Source: Sphingobium sp. 66-54 (lineage in GTDB: Bacteria > Pseudomonadota > Alphaproteobacteria > Sphingomonadales > Sphingomonadaceae). From it: DNA of 64,000 nt. The notes below the pieces were generated by a model. That model did no database searches. It was given only the letters and a program-made list of their open reading frames with translations, and was not told the DNA's origin. A program made the translations under genes and the position numbers. The stretch spans positions 6,446 through 70,445 of the forward strand of contig MKWI01000019.1 in assembly GCA_001899715.1 (NCBI GenBank), given 5' to 3'. This document shows positions 37,324-46,769 of the stretch, piece after piece. Positions within the stretch are counted from its first letter, which is position 1, and every line of letters starts with the position of its first letter.

Positions 37324-39552
37324 TCAATCCTCATCCGCGAAGGCACTGCGCCGCCGCGCACCCGCGTGCTCGTCAAGACCGCGCAGGATGCGCTCGACCT
37401 CGGCGGCGATATCCTGCGCGCTCTGCCCCGGCGCGGCGTTGATGGTGATAGCGATCGGGCCGAACGATCGCGCGGCCCCGGTCGATGCCGCCGCCGGCGC
37501 GGCGGCGCGCGTCAGCGGCTCCAGGCGCGGCGCGGCAATGACGCGATCGGCCATCGTCTGCGCCGCCGCCGCCGGTGCGCCCTGCGCCTGCGCGATGCCC
37601 AGCGCCAGCCCCCCGGCGATATGGTGGCCCATCCCCATGAACACGCGGCTCGGGCTGTGGATGCCGAGCACATTTTTGAACCACCCGACCACCTTGCCGG
37701 CAATTCCGGTGATGAGACTGCGGATCGCCTCGACCCGCGCGCTAATGCCGTTCCACAGGCCCTGCATCATCATTGCCCCTGCCCGTGCGAACTCGACATG
37801 CAGGCCGATGAACCATTGGACGCCGCTCGACATCCATGCCTTGAAGCCGGCCCATTTGCCCTGCACCCACGCGATTCCCGCGCCGAAGGCGGCCTTGATC
37901 GTGTCCCAGTTGCGATAGACGAGATAGGCGGCGGTGCCGACCGCGATGCCGATGCCGACGATCAGAGCCACCAGCGGATTGGCAAGCATCATCGCCCCGG
38001 CCGTCACCACGCCACGGCCAAGGAACAGGGCCGCCGTGCGCATCAGGCCGAAGGCGGTGGCCACGGCGGGGCCGCTGCGCATGATGAGGCCGAACAGGCT
38101 GGCGAATGGCCCCAGCGCGGAGCCAAGCAGGAACTGGAGCGCGCCCAGCCCGATGCGCAACGCGCCGAAGCCCGCGACCAGCCCCACCAGCGTGCCGGAG
38201 AGGCGCGGATTGGCCGCGCTCCATGCCACGAAACGATCGCTCAATTTGACTGCCGCTTCCGTGATGCGGACGAACGGCGGCAGCAGCACCGGCCCGAGCG
38301 TGATGGCGAGGCGCTGGAGATTGCCCACCAGCGTGCGCGCCTGCACCGCCGCGTCTTCGCTGCGCCGGGCAAAGGCTGCGTCGATCGCGCCCTTGCTGCC
38401 CAGTGCCTCCGCGCGGATCCGGCGATACTCCTCCATATTCTGGATGAGGGGGCGCAAGGCCTGCTGCGCCTGCATGTCGCCAAAGAGAAAGCTGATGCGC
38501 GAGAGGTCGCCACCCAGCGTCTTCTTCGTGATCTCGGCAATGGCTTCGAGCGGGGTCTTGCCCTTCGCGTAAGCCTGCTTGAGCGCTGTCGGCAGATCGG
38601 TTCCCATCTTCTTGAATTTCTGGATGGTTTCCTTGGTGTTGATCTTGGCCAACAGGTTTTGTAGGTTAGTCGCGGCGCTGGCGGAATCGCCCGTGCCTTG
38701 CCGCGCGATCTGGGCGGCGGCCGCCAGATCGGCCACCGCCGCCACGCCGCTCTGGCCAAGGGCCTGCGCCTGCGCGGTGAGCGTCGGGAAATATTGGGCC
38801 ATGTCGCGGATCTCGAAGGCACCGGCATTGCCGGCCGCCGCCATGATCTCCAGCGCGCGGGCGTTCTGCGCGATCGGCACCTTGAGGTTCTGGAAGTTGG
38901 CGAAGCTCGCCTGCGCCAGATCGGCGATTTCGGCGCGATAGGCCGTGGCGACCTTGCCGATCGGCGCGATCATGCGGGTGGCTTCCTGCGGGGACATGCC
39001 AAAGCCCGCGAGCACGTCCACGCCGGCGCGCATATTCTCGGGCAATTGCTTCGCCGCGCGCGCCGCCGCGATGATGTTCGCCTGCAGGCCCGCCGTGGCC
39101 TTGCGGGAGAGGTCCGCCTTGAGCGCGATATCCGTCATGCCGCTCTGGAAATCGGCCGCGCCCTTGCCGGCGATCAGCAGCGGCGCGAGGATGGCCGCGC
39201 CGGCAAACATATTCTGCTGGCCCGCTGCCTTGAGCGATTCCCCGCGCGCCTTCACCGCATCGACCTGCGACTGGATCTTGAGCAGGCGCACCTGCTTCTC
39301 CATCTCGCTGTTGGTGCGGGCGATCTGCGTCTTGAGCGCCGCCTCCCGGTCGAGCAGCGCGGAAACGTTGCCGCTCGACCGTCCCAGCTCCGCCTGCACG
39401 CCGCGCAGCTCGCGGTCGAGATCGCGGGCCTCGCGCTTCATGCCGGCGAGCCGCTGGCTGCCGGACTGGGCGAGGCCCACGATACCCTTGAGCGAGCCGG
39501 AGAGCCGGTCCACCGTGGCGAAGCTCACTACCAGGCGCAGCATGTTGCTCAT
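37324..39552 (-). CDS. T: Tape measure protein
   Basis: 742 aa, Ala/Gly-rich, NAGAFEIRDMA motif, HSPSRVF near the C-terminus. Confidence 0.93.
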   Translation of the reverse strand: MSNMLRLVVSFATVDRLSGSLKGIVGLAQSGSQRLAGMKREARDLDRELRGVQAELGRSSGNVSALLDREAALKTQIARTNSEMEKQVRLLKIQSQVDAVKARGESLKAAGQQNMFAGAAILAPLLIAGKGAADFQSGMTDIALKADLSRKATAGLQANIIAAARAAKQLPENMRAGVDVLAGFGMSPQEATRMIAPIGKVATAYRAEIADLAQASFANFQNLKVPIAQNARALEIMAAAGNAGAFEIRDMAQYFPTLTAQAQALGQSGVAAVADLAAAAQIARQGTGDSASAATNLQNLLAKINTKETIQKFKKMGTDLPTALKQAYAKGKTPLEAIAEITKKTLGGDLSRISFLFGDMQAQQALRPLIQNMEEYRRIRAEALGSKGAIDAAFARRSEDAAVQARTLVGNLQRLAITLGPVLLPPFVRITEAAVKLSDRFVAWSAANPRLSGTLVGLVAGFGALRIGLGALQFLLGSALGPFASLFGLIMRSGPAVATAFGLMRTAALFLGRGVVTAGAMMLANPLVALIVGIGIAVGTAAYLVYRNWDTIKAAFGAGIAWVQGKWAGFKAWMSSGVQWFIGLHVEFARAGAMMMQGLWNGISARVEAIRSLITGIAGKVVGWFKNVLGIHSPSRVFMGMGHHIAGGLALGIAQAQGAPAAAAQTMADRVIAAPRLEPLTRAAAPAAASTGAARSFGPIAITINAAPGQSAQDIAAEVERILRGLDEHAGARRRSAFADED

Positions 39553-39556
39553 CGCG

Positions 39557-39691
39557 TCACCTGCCTTTTGCCGGCACGTTCATGCGGTTCCACGCGCGCA
39601 CCGCCGCGTTGCGCCAGTAGAGCAGGGCGGTCATGTCCAGCGCGGCGATTTCGGCCAGCGGCCAGTGGAAAATGGCGGCGATCTCGGCCAT
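39557..39691 (-). CDS. E': gpE' segment (C-terminal part of the E+E' frameshift product)
   Basis: MAEIAAIFHWP..L.YW...A; in the -1 frame relative to E downstream of the T7 run. Confidence 0.85.
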   Translation of the reverse strand: MAEIAAIFHWPLAEIAALDMTALLYWRNAAVRAWNRMNVPAKGR

Positions 39692-40026
39692 CAGGTCCCC
39701 AACAAGGTCTGGACCTGATCCCGCATCGCCGATGTCATAAAAAAATCGAAGATAGCGCTCCCAAACGCGGCCAGATCCTCGATCTCCAGCGCCTCTACCT
39801 CATGGGCCACCAGCGGCGGCTCTGAAATGCGCGGGATGAGCGCGATCAGCGCGTTGACATCGGCCCGCGCGCAGTCCTGCAGGTTGAGGCCGCGCAGCTC
39901 GCCAGCCACCGGCTTGCGCACGGTCACTTCGCCGATGAGCGTGTCGCCTCGGCGGACCGGATTTTCCAATGTGACCAAGGTGCGCTTGGGGCCGGTATCG
40001 GCCACGGGGGGGGGCTGATCTGTCAT
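39691..40026 (-). CDS. E: Tail assembly chaperone gpE
   Basis: VTLENPVRRG..VRKP..GELRG..RIS.P; DFF slippery site (A7 at 39739-39745). Confidence 0.9.
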   Translation of the reverse strand: MTDQPPPVADTGPKRTLVTLENPVRRGDTLIGEVTVRKPVAGELRGLNLQDCARADVNALIALIPRISEPPLVAHEVEALEIEDLAAFGSAIFDFFMTSAMRDQVQTLLGT

Positions 40027-40103
40027 GCGGATGGTGTCCTGCGCGGATGCTCATGTCCCCGCCCCGGCGCGTCCGCGTTTGCACGCCGGGGCGAAGCTGG
40101 TTG

Positions 40104-40619
40104 TCAGATGCCGAGGATGGCGCGCGATTGCGCCAGGCGGTCGACCCCGTTCACGCGGCAGATCATGTTCGGCACGTCGATGTAGATCTTCTCCCGGCCG
40201 TCGATGGTCATCTGGTAGAAGCTGCACAGCGTCGTCACGGTCCGTTCGCCCAGCTCGCCGGGCTTCTGGGTGCCGTCCTCAATCGACGAGTGGCGTCCCC
40301 GCACGGTGATTTCCACGGCCTTCATCTGGCCGGTTCCGTCATCCTGGTGGGCGCCCACCCAACGGATCATTTCGCTGTCGATGGTGGCGCCGCCGAAGCC
40401 GTCATAGACGCGCTCCATCAAGCCGCCCGGCTTCCACTCGAACGTGATGGGATCGTCCGCCATGCCGAGGTCGATGGCCAGCGTGCCGTCCAGCCCGCCG
40501 CCGCGATAATTCTCCATTTTGCGGGCGAGCGGCGGCACGGTGACCTCCGGTATCTCGCCGACGCATGTCACGCCGTTGAGAAACATGTTCATATTTTTGA
40601 GGACGGAGGGGAGGCCCAT
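40104..40619 (-). CDS. FII: Major tail tube protein FII
   Basis: LP..LKN.N.F, YRGGG.DG, VNGVDRLA..RA.LG. Confidence 0.93.
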   Translation of the reverse strand: MGLPSVLKNMNMFLNGVTCVGEIPEVTVPPLARKMENYRGGGLDGTLAIDLGMADDPITFEWKPGGLMERVYDGFGGATIDSEMIRWVGAHQDDGTGQMKAVEITVRGRHSSIEDGTQKPGELGERTVTTLCSFYQMTIDGREKIYIDVPNMICRVNGVDRLAQSRAILGI

Positions 40620-40657
40620 GGGTCGATCCTTTCAGGAGTGAGGGGAGCGCGCGCCGA

Positions 40658-41776
40658 TCATCCGAGCTGGTCGGCAATCGTGGCGTAAAAGCGGTCCGTG
40701 ATGCGCTGGTTGAGCAGGATCGCCTCGGCCGGCGCGCAGGGCGTATACTCATAGTCGATGGTGATGCTGCCGCCCGCCAGTGCCTCGGGCGGGTTGGCGG
40801 CGGCATCGAACCAGCAATGGGCGCCGACGATGCGCCCCTGCGATTGCAGCGCCCGGAATCGCGCATTGACGGTAGCGACGATATCCTTGACCAGCCCGGC
40901 GCTGATTGGCTTGTCGATCGCCCAGAGCAGCCCGTTGGCAATCTCGTCCTGCAGCACCTGCCCCGTGCGCACTGCGCTTTCGAAGGCAAAGAGCGGCTCG
41001 GCGGACATCGTCCGGTTGCCCCAGAAGCGGAAGCCGTTGGCGCGGATCAGCGTGGTGATATTGGCATCGTTGAGCAGGCTGGCGGTGGAGGCGCCACCGA
41101 GTAGATCGAAATCCACCGGGGTCTCGATGCCGGTCACGCCATTAATGGCCACGTTGGAGAGGGTCTTGTGCCAGCCCGTTTCGCTGTCGATCCGCGCCCG
41201 CAGGCCGAGCGCGCGCGCGGCGGCGCTGCCGGTGAAATCGCTGAACTCCGGCCAGAGCAGCATCAGCTCGCGCGCGCTGAAATCATCGGCGGCCGTGATC
41301 GCCTCCGCAGCGGTGGCACCGGCGGCGGCGCAGTAGGCGAAGCCGCGCAGCTTCTGCGCCACGGTGATGAGGTCGTTGATGACCGGCGCCGTGTCGAGGC
41401 CCGGCGCACCAAGGATGCGCGGACGCACGCCGAGCGTGCTCTCCGCCATCCGCAGCGTCTGCACGCCGGCCTGCACCGCCGCCTCTGTCGCTTCCTCATC
41501 TTCGCCCGGCTCGACGCGCGTGACAACGACGATCGGACTGCTCTGGTCGGCAATCGCATCGAGCGCGTTGGCCAGCGTGCCGTCCGACGCATCCGTTCCG
41601 GCCTTGGCCAGCGCCCCGGCCACGTCCGTCACCAGCACGGGTTTGCCGGCCGGGAACGCCACGGCGTCCGCATCCGTCGAGAGCGCGACCAGGCCGATCA
41701 CGGCGGTGGAGACGGCGGCGATGGCGCGCGCGCCGCTATTGATCTCATTGACCTTGATGCCGTGGATGATGGGCAT
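40658..41776 (-). CDS. FI: Tail sheath protein FI
   Basis: HGIKV.E, PRILGAPGLD, GWHKTLSN, GFRFWGNRT. Confidence 0.95.
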   Translation of the reverse strand: MPIIHGIKVNEINSGARAIAAVSTAVIGLVALSTDADAVAFPAGKPVLVTDVAGALAKAGTDASDGTLANALDAIADQSSPIVVVTRVEPGEDEEATEAAVQAGVQTLRMAESTLGVRPRILGAPGLDTAPVINDLITVAQKLRGFAYCAAAGATAAEAITAADDFSARELMLLWPEFSDFTGSAAARALGLRARIDSETGWHKTLSNVAINGVTGIETPVDFDLLGGASTASLLNDANITTLIRANGFRFWGNRTMSAEPLFAFESAVRTGQVLQDEIANGLLWAIDKPISAGLVKDIVATVNARFRALQSQGRIVGAHCWFDAAANPPEALAGGSITIDYEYTPCAPAEAILLNQRITDRFYATIADQLG

Positions 41777-41779
41777 GAC

Positions 41780-42145
41780 TTACGTCCTTTGCTGACGGGC
41801 GCCCGCGAGCGCGATGGTGAGGTTGATGGGCTGGCGACCAGGCAGGTCTGTGCGCGTGCCCTCGATAATGAGCGAAAGGCCGCCGTCCGCGCTGCCGCTG
41901 CCCACGGCCACGCGGTCCAGCTTCACGCGGGGTTCCCATCGCGCGATGGCGCCGGCGCTGGCGGCCGAGATGAGCTGGCGTGTGGCGGCATTGAGGGGCG
42001 CGTCGACCAGCTCGAACAACCGCGATCCATAAGCCCGGCGCATGACGCGCGAGCCGATCGGCGTCGTGAGAATGTCGGCGATCGACTGCGCGATATGCGC
42101 CTCGCCCTCGATGCGCTTGCCGGTGGCCCGCTCCATGCCGCTCAT
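41780..42145 (-). CDS. W: Baseplate wedge gpW (gp25-like)
   Basis: HI.QSI.DILTTPIGSRVMRR.YGS, WEPR. Confidence 0.92.
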   Translation of the reverse strand: MSGMERATGKRIEGEAHIAQSIADILTTPIGSRVMRRAYGSRLFELVDAPLNAATRQLISAASAGAIARWEPRVKLDRVAVGSGSADGGLSLIIEGTRTDLPGRQPINLTIALAGARQQRT

Positions 42146-42705
42146 ACCGGCGCCCCCGACTGGCCGCTGCCGGGCTGCACCTGCCCGTGCTTGTGGCCCT
42201 TGAGGCTTTTGCCGCCACCGACCACGTCCGTGTCGGCGGTGAAGGTGCCGGTCATGGTGCCGTCGCCATTCACCGCGATGTTGCCAGTGATGGTCACATC
42301 GCCGGTGATGGTCACGCCTTCCGGCGCGGTGATGGTCGCCTTGCCGCCCGCCAGCGTGATCGCCAGCTCATGGCCCTCGGGGTCATAGTCGATGGTGGTG
42401 CCGTCCGGCATCAGCAGCCGTGCGCGGCCGTCATCGGCCGGGGCGGGGAAGGCGGTGGAGTAGAGGCCGCGCAGGACGCAGCCGTGGGCAATATCGCCCT
42501 CCGCGCAGAGCAGCAGCACCTGCTCGCCCTCGCTCGGTGGCACCCAGCAGCGGAAGCCGCCGGCCAGCTCCAGCCATGGCACGGGAGGCGATGTGACATC
42601 GCCGAGCGTCACGGTCACGCGCGCGGCGGCGAGGTCCACCGTCTCGACCGTGCCGAGGCGGATCAGATCGCCGATGAGGCCGGAGAGTTCATCCTGTTGC
42701 GCCAT
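42142..42705 (-). CDS. V: Baseplate spike gpV
   Basis: LIRLGTV, PS.GEQV, YDP..H.L, SL.GHKH; start 42705 preferred, 42717 possible. Confidence 0.92.
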   Translation of the reverse strand: MAQQDELSGLIGDLIRLGTVETVDLAAARVTVTLGDVTSPPVPWLELAGGFRCWVPPSEGEQVLLLCAEGDIAHGCVLRGLYSTAFPAPADDGRARLLMPDGTTIDYDPEGHELAITLAGGKATITAPEGVTITGDVTITGNIAVNGDGTMTGTFTADTDVVGGGKSLKGHKHGQVQPGSGQSGAPV

Positions 42706-42751
42706 GCGGTCCGTCATCCGCGACCGGACATGGGCGCGCTACAGCGCGGCA

Positions 42752-42772
42752 TTGTGAGAGCGCCTATCACAA
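42752..42772. promoter_or_regulatory. Late-activator (Ogr-type) box 1
   Basis: TTGTGA-GAGCGCCTA-TCACAA, identical at 46358 (inverted) and 57347. Confidence 0.85.
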
Positions 42773-42778
42773 GACTGC

Positions 42779-42979
42779 CTATGCGATGGCGCCGGCGGCG
42801 ATCTTGGCGAGCACGCCGCTGGCGACCTCCGCCACCCGGCTCTTGGTGGCCGCCGCATCGTAGCTGCCGTCCGCCTTGAGCACTGCGTTCACCGCGCGCG
42901 CGTGGCGGACGGATTGATGCGTAAAAGTGACGGACACGCTTCGCGTCGACTTATCGTAGCTACCGATCGTGAATTTCAT
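42779..42979 (-). CDS. Small tail-region protein, 66 aa
   Basis: MKFTIGSYDKSTRSVSVTF..; coupled to the fibre chaperone gene. Confidence 0.7.
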   Translation of the reverse strand: MKFTIGSYDKSTRSVSVTFTHQSVRHARAVNAVLKADGSYDAAATKSRVAEVASGVLAKIAAGAIA

Positions 42980-43380
42980 GGGACGATTCCTTCGGTTGGA
43001 GGGACAGGCCAGACGGCGGCGGACGCATCGCCACCGCAGGTTTCGGGCAGGGCGCGCAGCGCGGTGCGGTAATCGGCCCACGCCGCGCGCTCGGCTTCGC
43101 CGATCGGGAAATCGGCGATCTGGGTGCGGTCGCTCGCGGCGAGCAGCCGGTTGCGGCGCCGACGCAGCAGCATCATGGCGATGGCGGGCGGCGGGGCCGG
43201 TGGGGCGACGGCAACGGGGCGGCCATCGGCATCCGGCACGATGGTCCGCCCCTCGCTTTGCAACGCCATCAACTCGGCGTGGCGCGCGTCGGAGACGGCC
43301 AGCGCATCCGGCGGGATCGCGGCATTGAGATCGACATGGTAGAAGGCCCGCGTCGACGGGCTATAGCGAAAGCCGGTCAT
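42976..43380 (-). CDS. Tail fibre assembly chaperone
   Basis: YSPSTRAFY, LRRRRNRLLAASD..D.P..W..YR.ALR.LP..WP..P. Confidence 0.85.
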   Translation of the reverse strand: MTGFRYSPSTRAFYHVDLNAAIPPDALAVSDARHAELMALQSEGRTIVPDADGRPVAVAPPAPPPAIAMMLLRRRRNRLLAASDRTQIADFPIGEAERAAWADYRTALRALPETCGGDASAAVWPVPPTEGIVP

Positions 43381-44876
43381 TTACCCTTCGCCTCCCAGCT
43401 ATAGGTGCACATGAAATCGGCGCCGTTGATGATCGTGAAGCCGGCCGTGGTAACGCTGCCGGTGAGCATCCCGCCATATTCCTCGGCGGTGGTGATATTA
43501 ATCATCTGCGCCGAGCACTGGACGTGAGGGGCGGCGTCGAATGAGAAGGGAAACGCGACATAGACGGACTGGTTGGCGGCGATCGTGACCTGTGACCAGC
43601 AGCGCTTGTAGCCATCCGCATAGACGCGGCGGCCGGTCGTGGCGCCTATGAAGTCGGTTACGCGATCGTAGGCGCTGCCGTGATAGCCATCCAGCAGATC
43701 GGCATCGAAGCCCGACCCCGAGCCGTCCACGGTGAGGAGCTTGGTCTTGACATCCGCCGCCGTGTAGGCCGCGCTGTCGAGCGGTGTGTAGCCGAGGCGG
43801 GCGGGGATGTTCGCGTAATAGCTGCCGTGCTGGCCATCGAGCATGTCCGCATCGAGACCCGAGCCCGACCCGTCATTGGCGGAATCCCAGACCTGGTTGC
43901 CTTGCCGCCAAATGCTTCCCGACCAATCCGCTCGCCCGTCCGCCCAATATTTCCAATAACCATATTGCGCCGTTTCGTTGGCGTTTAAGACCTGAAAATA
44001 GGCGAGGCCGGTGCCTGGATTTGCCGCCAGCCTAATCCCTCCGGTTGTGCCGTCCGCCGGCGTGCGCGCCAGCACAATGCCGAAACGCACGTCCTGCCCG
44101 TCAGTCCACCCCTTCCCATCGAGCAGATCGGCATCGAGGCCCGAGCCGGACCCGTCCACGGTGAGGAGCTTGGTCTTGATGTCCGCTGCCGTATAGCTGG
44201 CGGCATTAAGCGGCGTGAAGCCGAGGCGGGCGGGGATGTTCGCGTAGTAGCTGCCGTGCTGGCCATCGAGCAGGTCCGCATCGAGGCCCGAGCCCGACCC
44301 GTCATTACTCGCGCGCCACACGTCCGCGAGTATGCCGCCGAACCACGCGAGCACGCTGGTCTTGAGCTTTCTGGGTGTGACGATCCGCGCGTCATCCTCG
44401 CCGGCGTCGCTCTCCGCCTGGGTGGCGATCTCCGCCACGCCTTTGACCGTCTCCGTGGCGGGAGGATTGATGAAATCGGTATCGCCGAACGTGATGGCAG
44501 CAGCGTCGATTTCGGTAAAGGCGATGTCATTGGCGAGCAGAAAGATCGTGGCCGCTGTCTTTTCCACGATCGGTTCGGCCTGCCCGTAGAGCGCGAACAG
44601 CGTGCCGTCCTGCAGATAGAGGCCGAACGCGCGAACCGTATAGGCATCCGCGCTCGCATCCTGCGCGACCATGTGGATGGTATCGTCCGCCACCACCGCG
44701 CCGCCGACCTGGTCGATCCGCTTGAACTCGCCGGCGAGCGCGGTCAGCGCCGGGTCGGCGGCCACGGCGGTCGCGGTGAGGCCGAGCTGGGCGATCGTCA
44801 CCGGCGCCGTGCCGGTGTTCTGCGCGTTGACGATGGCGGCGCGGCCGGCGTTGGTGACGGTGAGTTGCAGGGGCAT
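43377..44876 (-). CDS. H: Tail fibre protein H
   Basis: P2-H-type N-terminus (TNAGRAA, EFKR, PPATET.KGV), GSGLDAD.LDG repeats, gp53-like C-terminus. Confidence 0.88.
   Translation of the reverse strand: MPLQLTVTNAGRAAIVNAQNTGTAPVTIAQLGLTATAVAADPALTALAGEFKRIDQVGGAVVADDTIHMVAQDASADAYTVRAFGLYLQDGTLFALYGQAEPIVEKTAATIFLLANDIAFTEIDAAAITFGDTDFINPPATETVKGVAEIATQAESDAGEDDARIVTPRKLKTSVLAWFGGILADVWRASNDGSGSGLDADLLDGQHGSYYANIPARLGFTPLNAASYTAADIKTKLLTVDGSGSGLDADLLDGKGWTDGQDVRFGIVLARTPADGTTGGIRLAANPGTGLAYFQVLNANETAQYGYWKYWADGRADWSGSIWRQGNQVWDSANDGSGSGLDADMLDGQHGSYYANIPARLGYTPLDSAAYTAADVKTKLLTVDGSGSGFDADLLDGYHGSAYDRVTDFIGATTGRRVYADGYKRCWSQVTIAANQSVYVAFPFSFDAAPHVQCSAQMINITTAEEYGGMLTGSVTTAGFTIINGADFMCTYSWEAKGK
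43687..44306. repeat. Two ~191-bp direct repeats in the tail fibre gene
   Basis: 43687-43877 and 44116-44306, offset 429 bp (143 codons). Confidence 0.85.
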
Positions 44877-44885
44877 GGGATCCTC

Positions 44886-45419
44886 TCAAGCCGCCATGTC
44901 GAGGCGGACATAGGCGCAGGGCCGCGCGGCGCCGACGATGCCGATGGCGCCGGACGCGGCGAGCGCGAGCGTGAATTCGAAAGGGCGCGAGAGCGGCTTG
45001 GCTTGCGCCACCTGCCGCGTTACATCCTCGACATAGCCGGCGCTCGGCGCGCCGCCGTCGACCGTGGCCAGCGCCAGCATCAGGGCGAAGGTGCCGGGCT
45101 CGCCGGGCGGATCGGCCTCCCACCATTCGCGGATGACGATGCTGCCGCCGAACGCGGCCACCGCCTCGCGCACCGCCGCCACCGTGCCTTTGCGCCGGTG
45201 GACCGCGATCGAGCGGGCCACCACTTGCCGGCGCACCGCCTCCGGCCAGTCGGGGTCCCAATCGTCGACGGAGAGGGCGAAAGCGAGCCAGGGCAGCAGC
45301 GCGGCCGGGCAGCTCTCCGGCCGCATGAGGTCGCGGAGCGGCACCGGCAACGGGGCGGCGGTCGCGGCCTGCTCAAGCGCCTGCTCTAGCGGCGAAGCAT
45401 TAGGTGGCAGCAGGGTCAT
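44886..45419 (-). CDS. I: Tail protein I
   Basis: LLPPNAS.LE, CP..LLPWLA..SVD.W, HRRKGT..AV. Confidence 0.93.
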   Translation of the reverse strand: MTLLPPNASPLEQALEQAATAAPLPVPLRDLMRPESCPAALLPWLAFALSVDDWDPDWPEAVRRQVVARSIAVHRRKGTVAAVREAVAAFGGSIVIREWWEADPPGEPGTFALMLALATVDGGAPSAGYVEDVTRQVAQAKPLSRPFEFTLALAASGAIGIVGAARPCAYVRLDMAA

Positions 45420-46312
45420 TCGGCCACGCCGCCGGCCGCGAGCGTGATGCCGGTGCAGTGCGGCGCCTTGCTGGCGCTGATGACGATATCGGCGGCCGGG
45501 GCGGTCAACTCGACATTCTGCACGCCGGCGACGTGCAGCGCCGCGAAGATCGCGGAGCGCGTCACGTCCATGCCGTTGCGCTGAAGGCTGGCAGCAAGCG
45601 CCTGCGCGCGCGCCAGCGCCTCGGCCATGACCACCGACGCGTCCGGGCCGGGATAAGTGGTGATCTCCGCCTCGATCGCATAGGCCACGATCTCGGTTGA
45701 GAGCACGGTCAGCCGATCGGCGATCGGCCGCACGCGCTCATCGGACAGCGCGGCCTCGACCGCGTCGAGCAGGGCGGGCGATGCGGTGCCGTCGCCAACG
45801 CGAGACAGCACATAGACGACAACTTCCGCCGGCGCGGGCGAGACGACCGAGGCGTCCAGCACATCGCTATGCGCCGCGAGCGCGTGCGCGATATAGGCAC
45901 CGGCCGGCCCCGCGACCGAGAAGCCCTCGGGCGCCAGCACGATCCGCCGGCGGAAATCGTCATCGCTTTCCATGATCGCCGGCGTGCCGTCTTCGCCGGC
46001 CGGCACCAGCTCAAGCCGCGCGACGCCGACCAGCGCGCCGAGATGATCGAGATCCGCGCCCAGCGCATAAGCGACCATGCCCGCGCGCGCCGCATCGTTG
46101 ACCCGCTGGAGATCGAGCATGCGGAAATAGGCGCACACCTGCAGGATGCGCACCGCCGGATCGCTCTCGATACTGTCGTCGAAATCCGGGATGAACTGCC
46201 GCAGCCGCGCCAGCATCTGGCCATAGATGGCCTCATAGCTCAACGGCTCCACCACCGCCGGCGCCGGCAGGCGCGAGAGGTCGATGGCCGAGAAGGTCGC
46301 GGTGTCCGTCAT
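45416..46312 (-). CDS. J: Baseplate protein J
   Basis: IDLS.LPAP, ESDP, DLDHL, FSVAGP..AY..HA, VRP..D. Confidence 0.94.
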   Translation of the reverse strand: MTDTATFSAIDLSRLPAPAVVEPLSYEAIYGQMLARLRQFIPDFDDSIESDPAVRILQVCAYFRMLDLQRVNDAARAGMVAYALGADLDHLGALVGVARLELVPAGEDGTPAIMESDDDFRRRIVLAPEGFSVAGPAGAYIAHALAAHSDVLDASVVSPAPAEVVVYVLSRVGDGTASPALLDAVEAALSDERVRPIADRLTVLSTEIVAYAIEAEITTYPGPDASVVMAEALARAQALAASLQRNGMDVTRSAIFAALHVAGVQNVELTAPAADIVISASKAPHCTGITLAAGGVAE

Positions 46313-46357
46313 GCCCCGAGCAAAGCCGCTCGGGCGCGGCGGCGCATCCGGCAACAT

Positions 46358-46378
46358 TTGTGATAGGCGCTCTCACAA
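46358..46378. promoter_or_regulatory. Late-activator box 2 (bidirectional: J and the plus-strand operon)
   Basis: Reverse complement of box 1; 46351-46380 is identical over 30 bp to the reverse complement of 57345-57374. Confidence 0.85.
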
Positions 46379-46454
46379 TGCGAGCCGCTGGAAAGCGGCC
46401 CGCGCCGGCGGACGATGGCCCCGATCAAGCATCCGTTCGGGGAGTGTCCGGCTC

Positions 46455-46769
46455 ATGGCAGTCGTCTACATCACGCGCTACAGCATCAACGCTCGCAACT
46501 GGGCTCGCCTCACCAGCGGGCAGGCCATTGCGGTGCTCGGCGGCCAGATCGGCGATACCGTCACGGTCGAACCGGGCGCCGAGCCGACCGAGCCGGATCC
46601 GGCCGCGCGCGACAGCCTTTACCGGATCCGCGTCGACGGCGGGGCGTGCCGCATGCGCATCGGCAAGGAGGCGCTGGCGGACGCGCAGAGCGAACCGTTG
46701 TTCGACGGCGATGATGAGCTGCGCTTCCTGCTGCCGGGCGAGCGCATCTCTCTGGTCGCGGCGAACTGA
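46455..46769 (+). CDS. 104-aa predicted beta-rich protein, possible virion decoration base
   Basis: GGGGAG RBS; coupled (TGATG) to the large downstream gene. Confidence 0.7.
   Translation: MAVVYITRYSINARNWARLTSGQAIAVLGGQIGDTVTVEPGAEPTEPDPAARDSLYRIRVDGGACRMRIGKEALADAQSEPLFDGDDELRFLLPGERISLVAAN

Noticed and set aside
43687-44306. Diversity-generating retroelement TR/VR pair or shufflon in the tail fibre
   Set aside because: No reverse transcriptase or invertase in the prophage; both repeats are in-frame within one gene, and the differences seen are mostly synonymous rather than adenine-specific.
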